DNA of 64,000 nucleotides from Mesotaenium endlicherianum (Eukaryota), in the NCBI GenBank assembly GCA_009602735.1, contig WELA01001907.1, forward strand, positions 142,601 through 206,600, read 5' to 3'. Shown here in pieces: positions 13,143 through 23,036 of the stretch. A model generated the notes under the pieces. It ran no database searches, was not told where the DNA came from, and saw only the letters and a list, made by a program, of their open reading frames with translations. A program made the position numbers and the translations under genes. Position 1 is the first letter of the stretch; every line of letters starts with the position of its first letter.

Positions 13143-14163
13143 GGGTTGCTGGGTCCTGACCGCATACAGGTCTTTCTCCCCTTGCTTACTTGCCCATTTG
13201 GCATAAGCATGCTTCCCCTTAGAGAAAGAATCTCTAGCCTTGGTCCTATCCTCCTGTGTATCCTAACTCATGCAGTCCCTGACTTCATCCAGCCTTGGGT
13301 CCCATGCTGCAATGTGAGGTGGCAAGACTATCTTCCCCTGCAAATCTGCCAGGAAATCGTCTTCCTCAGCTCTGTCATTTTGCTGGTCCTTATAGTGATG
13401 GTCATCCAGCGCCAGCCAGTGGGCTGTAGAAAGAAAGCAGGATCCGTCCTTTTCAAAGTACAAGGGTACCAGTGACCTGAGAAATCCAACTGGCTGGTCT
13501 GCCAAGAACTCCCAGCTTCTTCTCTCCACCTCGCTATACATTGCCTTGAATTGATTGTGGGAAGTGGTAATATTGAAGCTGTCTATATGCATAGGGATCA
13601 GCCTCATGGCCCTGTTTGTGCCCCAGATCGCAGATATTGGCACCGTTTCAGATTCACATATCTGCTTTGCCCTCCCGGATTGTATACCCCACCATCCTGG
13701 CATAGTTAAGGTACAGTATAAGCCCTCTGCTGACTTCTATGTACTTGTCAAAACCTTGGGCTGTCTCCCCTTCATGCTGCAGTATGTCCCTCTGTGATTC
13801 ACTTCGGTTCCTCTAGGCGTACTTGAAGGCCTCTTCCAAAAGACCAAAGCCCTTGCCCATCACTGTGTAGCGGTAGCTTTTGATCCTTCTTCGTTCCTCC
13901 TCAGCCTGCTGCTTCTGCCTCTCCTCAGCCAACATTTGTTCCTCTGTCTTCTTGGCTTCCTCTGCAGCTTTTCTGTCCTGCTCCTCCTGTCTTAGTCTGA
14001 CGTGTTCTTCCTCCTCCTTCCTCTTCTAGGCCTCCCGCTGCAGTTGAAGTTGCTCTGATTCTCAAGAAAAAGAGGATGATTTGATGTCGCCATGGAACTC
14101 CTTGTACTCCGCTTGTGCCGCGTCCGCCCTTCTTTTCCTCTTGAGTTCAGACAATTGAGTCAT
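13143..14163 (-). pseudogene. Accessory 'ORF X' of family-A element A2 (unknown function), truncated by the C1 LTR
   Basis: Manual translation: MTQLSELKRKRR...(E/K/R/Q-rich)...SYRYTVMG...YARMVGYT...VERRSWEFLA...LVPLY...PHIAAWDPRL...FSKGKHAYAKWA. Motifs are colinear with 20746-22007. Contains stops and at least one frameshift. Confidence 0.8.
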
Positions 14164-14524
14164 CCTGCTCATTCATACCACAATGGGGTTAGTATAGTAA
14201 TGATATCATGCACAAGATTGAGTATTTTGACAGGGAAGAACATAGTAGAGGGAGTCAGGGCATGAAATACCTGGTGTAAGTAAATTGAAAGTGCGAGTGT
14301 ACTTGAGAGAGAAGTCAGTGTGAGCGCAGTTGAGCGTCAAGGATGAATATGCAACGGCATTCGGTAGTTGGCTAGTTTCCAAGATGTCTAACTCCCTCCA
14401 ACTTAATGTTTAAGGTGGGTTGCTTGTTTCAACTGTCACTGGGTTGCCTGTCACAACTGTCACTCACTCTCAACTACTGGCACTTTCTGTCACTAACTGT
14501 CACTTTAGGCCACATTTGGCCACA

Positions 14525-14830
14525 TTTCCCTTTCAACTTAAATGAAGATAGGACCTCACGTCACCTTCCCATGTCAACTGAAATGACAGTTAGGAAGGTA
14601 TCCCAACCTCCCGAAGGTAAAATCGTTTCAACGCCTTTTTGGCATTGGTCAAATAGTTCTTAAATTCCCAGGTCTCCCAAGAGGCATCGTAACCCTTCCA
14701 TCTGACCAAATATTTCATGACATATTTAGATGATCGACGGACCGAGCGAGCTTCTAAAATCTCATCAACCTCATCTTTCTCAGGGCCACTTTCCCGGACA
14801 GCGGGGACCGGTCCCGGTTGGACAGGTCAC
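14525..14830 (-). pseudogene. Chromodomain end of A2 pol plus PPT-like tract
   Basis: Reverse-complement homolog of about 20110-20412. Continues the minus-strand pol that is interrupted at 26414. Confidence 0.85.
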
Positions 14831-14833
14831 CAA

Positions 14834-15534
14834 AGTAATGAATCAGTATATTGGTAGATATAATATTCATTTATATATAATAGTTAATCAAGTTCAACTT
14901 GCTGAACTCTAGTCAACATTCAATCTGTTGGACTTCATATAATTATCAATTCAATGACTCAGCCCAAGGCAACAGGCTGAAGTCAACTTAGATCAGCTTG
15001 CTGACTCATTCTCTGACAACCAGCTGACTTTTGCACTCGGTAGCAGCGAATTGCCTAGATATGCATCTAAGTGTGATATGCTAGGTGAATGGCCAAATGA
15101 CATCCTTGGGATGGATGGCGATTCGGGATGATGGGAGATGGTGGTGGATTTGGTTAATCGAGGTCCTACCAACGTGGTTAACTCCCGGGTAGATGGTGCC
15201 ATCGCACGTGCCGTTGAACAGTAAACTCATTCCATGTACATAGGCTTGACATTGCTCTGGAGTTGGGCATTTGGAAATGAGGCCAACTCTCTTGTACAGC
15301 ATACTGAGAGATATCTGAATCTAAGGCGAGAAGTCATTAATACGCACTGTCTTCTAGCCTTGCTTATGTATCAGTTTACTGATTGCATTATTGATGCTAG
15401 TTTACTTGCATTTGACTTGCAAGTAATGTCCACTGCTAGTGTGTTGTCTTTGCTGTTTAATCTGTTAATGAAAATGCCATAAAGATTAATCGCTGATATA
15501 AAGATCTTCGTTATTGGTAAGTTGATTCATTTCA
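14834..15534 (+). repeat. A1 5' LTR
   Basis: (A)GTAATGAATC...GATTCATTTCA followed by a PBS-like TAGTATTGGAGC. Confidence 0.9.
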
Positions 15535-15568
15535 GTAGTATTGGAGCTATTATCACAGCCTTCTTTGT

Positions 15569-17059
15569 ATGGTAAGGACAAGGTCTAAAACTAGCAACTC
15601 TCGAGACATGGAGAACCAGGATAACGAGAATGTCAAAAGCCAAGCTGAAAAGAATGTAGCGGGAACCCGTGTCTGTTTTGAAGCAATGACAGATACTGGA
15701 GCTAGAGAGGCTGCAGATGAGGCAGCTGCTATTGTTGCAGTCGCAACACAGCAGGCTGAGGAGGAGAGAGTCAAATTAGAAGCTAAACTATTAGCAAAAG
15801 CTGCTGAAGATGCAGAAAGGAGGGAAGGACAACCAGCGGACGAGCGCGTTGTCGAAGAACTTATGGCAAAAAGGGCCAATAATCTGAACCCACCTCTTGC
15901 TGTACAACTCAATGTACCTCTAGGTTAAATTCGTGACCGGCTGAATGCGGCAGGAATTGCTGCTGCAGGAGCAAGAGGGAAGGTTGAGGACACTACTCAG
16001 CGATTGAATGCCACTGCTGCTGCTGCATTTGCTGGGCTCCCACCTTTGAATGTAGATCTAGGAGCATTATTTGTGCAAATGCAATCGCAAAAGGCGAGCA
16101 TGTATCAAAATGGCGAGCATGTATCAGTCCCAACAAAAGGACAAAAGGATCATGATAGCTTTGCTGCGGGACAGAGACCAAGTGGGTTCTCAAACCACTG
16201 GAGGTGGTGGCAGAGGGCCTAGTAAGCCTAAGCCAAAACGTTCCCAAGACTACGATCTTGAGGGAAACAAAAAGTATCACCTGATCAAGTTTCTCGCTAA
16301 TGTTGAGCAGTGGCTGGAGAACTACCCAGAGCTGCAGGATTACGAAAAGGTCAGGCACACTGGTGCTTTACTGAAAGGCAGTGCAGCTGACTGGTGGTTG
16401 TATTGGAAAGGAGAGCGTAAGGCTCAGCAACTCGATGACCCTACTTGGGTAGAGTTTGTCGAGAAGCTGCATGAGAAATTTGATGTCATCAATCAGCAGG
16501 AGATACATATTAATGCAATGATCTCCTTAACATTGAAGCAGGTCACTTCAGTTGCTGACATTGCTCAAAAGTTCCAGGAGAACATGATGAAGCAGCCAGA
16601 TTTGCCAGAGTTAGCATACTTCAGGTATGGCTTGCAATCTGAAGTCTCGAGTCATTTTGCTGAAAAGAAGTATGAGAAATTGGCTGACTTGATCCGAGAC
16701 GCTGATGCCTGGGATCAGCAGCAGTTCAATCAAAAGCGCCAAAAAGCAATGCTTTGGTGTCTAAGATTGTCAGAAAGCCCCACGGTTCCTACAATGTAAT
16801 TGAAGGAGACCACGCTGAGAATGATCAGGATGATGAGTATGAGTACGAGCATAATGCTATAGAGTCTAGAGGGAGGGGTGGTTACTCTTGAGGTGGCTAT
16901 GGAAGAGGTGGTGGTAGGGATAAGCCGAGACCAGCCTCAGCAAAATCTACTCGCTACCATTGCCAGCAGTTGGGCCACTACAGAGAGCAGTGTCTTAGCA
17001 AGAACCTTCAAAAGGTCAAAAGAAAGGACCGGCTTTTAAAAGACAGCAACAGTCAATAA
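15569..17059 (+). pseudogene. gag: A1 gag (decayed)
   Basis: MVRTRSK..., LLKGSAADWW, TWVEFVEKL, YFRYGL, and a zinc-knuckle remnant (R)YHCQQLGHYREQC. Contains frameshifts and stops. Confidence 0.88.
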
Positions 17060-20000
17060 TCCAGTCTACTGACTGTGAGAATGCTAGAGATAGTGAATCG
17101 TCACTAGCTGCCCTCGTAGCAGGGATTATGGGTGCTGCTGAATTGGATTCACTATGCATGCCTGACAAATGAATAAAGGAGACCATCAGCAATATAGGTC
17201 TCCAAAGAGTGCACACATTGAATGATCTTGTTCCACCTGCTTTCCAACATTCTATGCTAAGTCAGGAGAACAATGCGAAAGTCAGGAAAAGTTGATCCCC
17301 CCTATTCCATAGCGTTATATGATTGCAGGTAGGAAGGTGATGGCATTTGTTGACGGAAGGGCGTCACATACCTTTAATCCATAAGGACTTAGTTAAGCGG
17401 CTAAGGCTGCCTACTGTCACCCAAGGGAGTAGACAAATATTCCTTGGAGATGCCTCAAGTCTCCCGAGAGGAGTTATAACCAAGCCCATTGAGGTCTAGT
17501 TTGGTTCTGGCATTGCAGTTCTAACTGAAACGCTTACATTTGAGGTACTCAACACTGGCTTTCATGATCTCGTGCTAGGCAGGTCCTGGCTTAATAGACA
17601 TAAAGCTGAAGTGTGTTGGAGCGGAGGTATACTTAAAGTGAGAGGAGCCGGTGATGGGCTGACTAAGTTGGCACCCACAAGTGCTCGTCCTCTTGTTTTG
17701 TATGAAGAGCAAATGAAGGAAAAGGAGAGGGTTTCAGGACTATGCAAATTGTTGAATGCAATTGAGTTCATCAAAAGCTAGAACCAGAAGGAAGACATAA
17801 TATAATGTTTGCTGCTAAGAGAGGTACCACCTCAACCTGAAGAAGTGGTTGAGAAAAAGGTAAGCCCTTCGGAGCATCCTACTGCTGCAAAAATCGTTGC
17901 TCAGTATACTAATGTTTTTACTTTACCTCCAAGATTGCTCCCTAAGAGAGAAGTAGATCATAGGAATAATTTATTACCTGGGAGTTAACCACCTTGGCAA
18001 CGCACTTATGGCTTGTCTTATGTGGAGAGCGAAGAGTGGAAAACACAGATTGCAGAGCTGGAGGAAAATAGTTATATTTCCCCCAGTATATCATCTTATG
18101 GTGCACCCATCCTATTTGTTAAGAAAAAGGATGAAAGTATGCGGATGTGAGTGGATTACAGAGCTCTGAACAGAATTACAATAAAAAACAAGTATGCGTT
18201 ACCAAAAATTGAGGACTTGCTTGATACCCTGTCTCGTGCTAAGTGTTCAGTAAAATAGTTCTTAAAAGTGGGTATCATCAAATCAGAATTGCTGAGGGGG
18301 ACAAACACAAGACTCCTTTACACACACATTATGGACTTTATGAATTTGATGTGATGCCATTCGGACTGACTAATGCTCCTGCAATCTTCATGGGTGCTAT
18401 GAATGACATTTTTAGGCCTTACCTGGATAAGTTTGTGCAAGTCTTCTTGGATGATATTTTAATTTTCTCTAATGATGAAGCTCAGCATGCTGAGCACTTA
18501 AAGACAATCATGGACACTCTGAATGAGTCTGTGAAATTCAACCCAGCTGAAATAAACTATTCTGCGCATGATGAAGAGCTGCTTGCTATCATTCATGTGC
18601 TCAAGTAGTGGAGAGCATACTTACATGGTAAAGCGTTTAAGGTGAAGACATATCATCTAGCTCTGACTCACTTTTGGGAAAACCGCTGGAGCCAGATGCT
18701 GGAGCAGTTCCAAGTCCAGATTGACTACAAACCAGGGAAGTTGAATCCTGCTGATGCACTCACTAGAAGACCTGACTTGCAAGAAGGGAACTTTAGTCAA
18801 CATGCGGTAGAGAAAGTCCTTTGTGCACTCACTTCACTAAAGGTGAAACAGTCCTTTTTTGAACAACTTAGGAAAGCCTACCTTCCTGACCCAACATTTG
18901 AGCTCAGTCCTACTGATGGTGTGTGTCCTGGTACTGCACTCGGGTATAGGCTAAAGGGTCTCGGGAACTGAAACGACTTCAGGCAGGCTGAAGCTGGTCA
19001 TTCGTAACAACTTAGAATTAAGGTCACTCTTACTGAGTCAAGCACATGACCATTTCTTGGATGGACATTTGGGGCAGGCCAAAACTGTTGGCAAATTGGC
19101 AAAACATTATCATTGGAATGGGTTGCCTCGGGAGGTCTTGAAGTATGTTAAGTCCTGTGATTAGTGCGGAAAAAATAAATCTAAGCACACACCACCCGGG
19201 GGGCTATTACAATCACTATCTATCCTAGCTGGACACTAGGAAACGAAATACATGGACAGGGTGGTAACACTACCAAGAATTGCCAATGGGCATGGTTTGA
19301 TACTAGTAGTAGTGGATAAACTGACAAAAATGGTCATTTTCAACCCCACAACTGTCAAAGTAACTGCACTCAAAACTGCAAGACACTTCTACAGCGATGT
19401 AGTATGCCAACATGGGCTACCCTCTAATATTATCTCAGACAGGGACTCAAAATTTACCTATAAGTTTTGGAGAGCTTTAACGGGATTAATGGGAGTCAAA
19501 CAGCTGCTCAGCACAGCCAACCACTCTCAGACTGATGGGCAGACTGAAAGAACAAATCGAGTTTTGCAAGAGGTGCGGAGAGCATATATTAACCAAAACA
19601 AAGATAATTGGGATGACCTATTGCCTCAAATTCAGTTTGCGATCAACAGTGCGGTGCATGCGTCAACATGAAAGACTCCTTTTGAACTCAATCTGGGTAA
19701 AGGCCCTAAATCTCCTTTGGATGTGCTAGGGGAGTCTTTGACTCACCCTGAGGGGATTGACAATCCGGCATCTCTCCAGCTAACTCAAGAGTTTGCTGAC
19801 ACCCTGTCAAGAGTCCAACACAATCTGCACAAAGTCCAGGAAAATCAACAAAAATACGCTAATCAACACCGTCGGGAGCTGACATTCTCAAAAGGCGATT
19901 TGGTCAAATTGCATTCTCAACACCTGTACCTGCTTGGTGTGGTCAAGAAAAAGCTTGGTCCGATCTGGGTCGGTCCATATTCGGTGGTGCGCCGTGTCGG

Positions 20001-20364
20001 TCAGAATGCTTACAATTTGAACATGTTAGCTGAATACAAGGGTCACCCAATCTTTAATGTCTCCTTCCCAGAACCATACATCAAAGGTGACAAACTGTTC
20101 ACAGGTCGGATACCTGTCCAACCGGGACCGGTCCCCGCTATCCAGGAAGGTGACCCTAAGGAATATGAGGTTGATGAACTTTTAGAAGCTTGCTCTGTCC
20201 GTCGATCATCTAAACATGTCATGAAATACCTGGTCAGATGGAAGGGTTACGATGCCTCTGGGGATACTCGGGAATTCACTGACCAGTTGACCAATGCCAA
20301 AGGGGCGTTGAAACGTTCCACCTTTGGGCGGCTGGGGCACCTCCCTAACTATTTGTTCAGTTGA
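17040..20364 (+). pseudogene. pol: A1 pol (decayed; RT C-terminus/RNase H partly deleted near 18520)
   Basis: [24 protein letters not shown] and chromodomain YEVDELL...YLVRWKGY. Confidence 0.92.
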
Positions 20365-20745
20365 CATGGGAAGGTGACAGGAGAACCTGTCTCCATTTAA
20401 GTTGGAGGGGGAATGAGCCAGTAAATGACAGTTAGTTTGCGAGAAAGGACAATTATTGACAGTCAAGTGTCAGCATAGTAACAGATGTGACAGCCAGGCC
20501 CACATCAAGCAAAGTTGGCAGAATAAGAAAAAGGACCAGCACATCAACAAATCACTTAACTCACCCTGCACACATATTCATGTGTTTATTTTTCATCGCG
20601 CTACAACTCCGTTAACTCCTAGTAACCACCCTGTGAGGTAGACAAGAACAAACCTACCAGAATACTACGAACTTACTTCTCTTCCTGCAACGTCCGTGAC
20701 AAAGAGAGCGATCTTACTAAGTTGTGCCCTGGTTACATGTGCAGG

Positions 20746-22007
20746 ATGGCTCCCACCACACAAAAGGAAGACAAAAAGCGCAAGGCAGAAGAAGCCAGGA
20801 GGACAATGAAGCAATACCAGAAAGAGCTGGCGGCAACGTCCCTCACCAGGAGAGAACAAGAAAGGGTCCGCAGACAACAAGAGGCGGCAGCAAAAGCACA
20901 GAGGAAGAAGGAGCAGAAGGCGGAAAATCTCAGGAAAGTTGAGGAGGAGAGACAGAAGAAACAACAAGAAGAAGCGACGGCAGCAGAGGAGGAGAGAAGG
21001 AAGAACTTAGAAGACTGAAGCCGAGAAGCAGAAGAGCCTGACCACTTACAAATATACGGTGGTGGGTGGCCAAACCTTCGATAAGGTGAAGGAAGCATTG
21101 CTGGCAGCCCAGGAGATCAACAAGCTGGAACAGAAAACAATGTTATAGAGAGAAGGAGTTGAAGTCCTAGACAGGTACTTGCGACACACACGGGTGTGGT
21201 CCTCTACGACGATTATGCCAAAATGGTGGGGTATACAGCAGAGCAGGCACGATATCTTGCAGATGACTCGGAAGATAAGCCGGTACCAGTGCCCGGCATA
21301 GTGGGGAATTTGCGACATAAGGATGGTCAACATGCAGCTCGATAGATTTCAGGATGCAGTATTCTACCTCACACTACTGCCAGCCTACAATGACGTTGAG
21401 AGGAGGAGCTGGGAGTACTTGGCCAGGGAAACAGGGCAGCAGAAGTTCTCTCCCCATTGGTTCCCTTGTAAAGACTGAGCATGGGCCATAGTACTACCAG
21501 CAGCCCACAGACTGGAGGTGGATGACCGTCACTAACAGAAAGCATGAGTGTGATCGGGCCCACCCAGATGACTTCCATTATGGGCTGGATGGCTACCTCA
21601 TCCTAACACCTCACATTGCCCCTTGGGACCCCAGGCTTAATGGATGCCTGAGTGATATGAATGCTGAGACCAAGGAGCACAGGCGGAGGAGGAGAGGTTA
21701 TTTCTCTAAGGAGAAGCATGCCTTTGTCAAATGGGCGAAGAATGCACGCCGGACAGATATCAGCAGGCTGAAGGCCAAGCAACCTCCAGCTCGCCCTAAG
21801 AAAAGGCGGTCAGTAGATTTTTCCTTATCTACCAAGGAGCAGGATGACTTAGTGGATAAAACCCCTACCCTCTCAGAGTGGAACATGAGGAGGATGAGGA
21901 AGAAAAACAAGGCAAAAGAGAAGCATCAGGACCTTGTACTTAGGAGACCCAGGAGCAAGCAGAAGCAGGGCCTCCTAGGGGGCCGAGATCAGGTGTATAA
22001 AATGTGA
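20746..22007 (+). pseudogene. Accessory 'ORF X' of A1 (about 420 codons, unknown function)
   Basis: MAPTTQKEDKKRK...(coiled-coil-like)...TYKYTVVG...YAKMVGYT...VERRSWEYLA...LVPL...DRAHPDDF...PHIAPWDPRL...FSKEKHAFVKWA...basic tail. Assembled across frameshifts from ORFs 20722-21018 and 21522-22007 plus manual translation. Confidence 0.8.
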
Positions 22008-22035
22008 TCCCTGTCATGGAGGCAACAGGTCCCTG

Positions 22036-22408
22036 CACTCCCTGTCAACTACTGTCACTTTCAGTCCCTAACTGTCACTTTAGGCCACGTTTGGCCACAT
22101 TTCCCCTTCAACTTAAATGGAGACAGGATCACCTGTCACCTTCCCATGTCAATAGAAATGACAGTTAGGGAGGTGTCCTAGCCTCCCAAAGGTAAAACAG
22201 TTTGAACGCCTTTTTGGCATTGGTCATATGGTTCTTGGATTCCCTAGTGTCTTTAGAGGCATCGTAACCCTTCCATCTGACCAAATATTTCATGACATAT
22301 TTAGATGATTGACGGAACGAGCGAGCTTCTAAAATCTCATCAACCTCATCTTTCTCAGGGTCACTTTCCCAGACAGCGGGGACCGGTCCCGGTTGGACAG
22401 GTCACCTA
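22036..22408 (-). repeat. Inverted copy of the chromodomain end and PPT region; direct repeat of about 14461-14833
   Basis: Highly similar to 14461-14833, including the junction GGTTGGACAGGTCACC(A/T)AAGTAATGAATC. Inverted relative to about 20110-20435. Confidence 0.88.
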
Positions 22409-23036
22409 AGTAATGAATCAGTATATTGGTAGATATAGTATTCATTTATATATAATAGTTAATCAAGTTCAGCTTGCTAAACTGTAGTCAACATTCAATC
22501 TGCTGGACTTCATATAATTATCAATTCAATGACTCAGCCCAAAGCAACAAGCTGAAGTCAACTTAGGTCAGCTTGCTGACACATTCTTTGACAACCAGCT
22601 GACTTTTGCACTCGGTAGCAGCGAATTGCCTAGATATGCATCTAAGTGTGATATGCTAAATAAAAGGCCAAAGGACATGCTTGGGATGGATGGCGATTCG
22701 AGATGATGGGAGATGGTGGTGGATTTGGTTAATCGAGGTCCTACCAACGTGGTTAACTCCCGGGTAGGCGGGGCCATCGCACTTGTCGTTGAACAGTAAA
22801 CTCATTCCATGTACAGAGGCGTGACATTGCTCTCGAGTTGGGCATTCGGAAACGAGGCCAACTCTCTTGTACAGCTTACTGAGAGATATTTGAATCCAAG
22901 GCGAGAAGTCATTGATATGCACTATCTTCTTTTCTTGCTTATGTATGAGTTTAGTGATTGCATTATTGATGCTAGTTTACTTGCATTTGACTTGCGAGTA
23001 ATGTCCACTACTAGTGTGTTGTCTTTTGCTGTTTAA

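Noticed and set aside
13640..13703. Apparent conserved motif MPxWWGIQ in ORF X
   Set aside because: This is an off-frame reading. Similarity extends further upstream in the YA(R/K)MVGYT frame.
15234..15482. ~70-80-codon ORF recurring in family-A LTRs (also at 594, 22809 and 54984)
   Set aside because: Recurrence is explained by LTR homology. Two copies have a TAG shortly after the ATG, and there is no recognisable domain.
22003..22099. 97-bp TGTG...CACA unit next to the inverted PPT as a mini-LTR
   Set aside because: There is no second full copy or TSD, and the corresponding region near 14430-14525 diverges at one end.
13143..22408. Invertible (flip-flop) ORF X cassette
   Set aside because: The opposite orientations are explained by A1 and A2 lying on opposite strands; ORF X is sense to pol in both.
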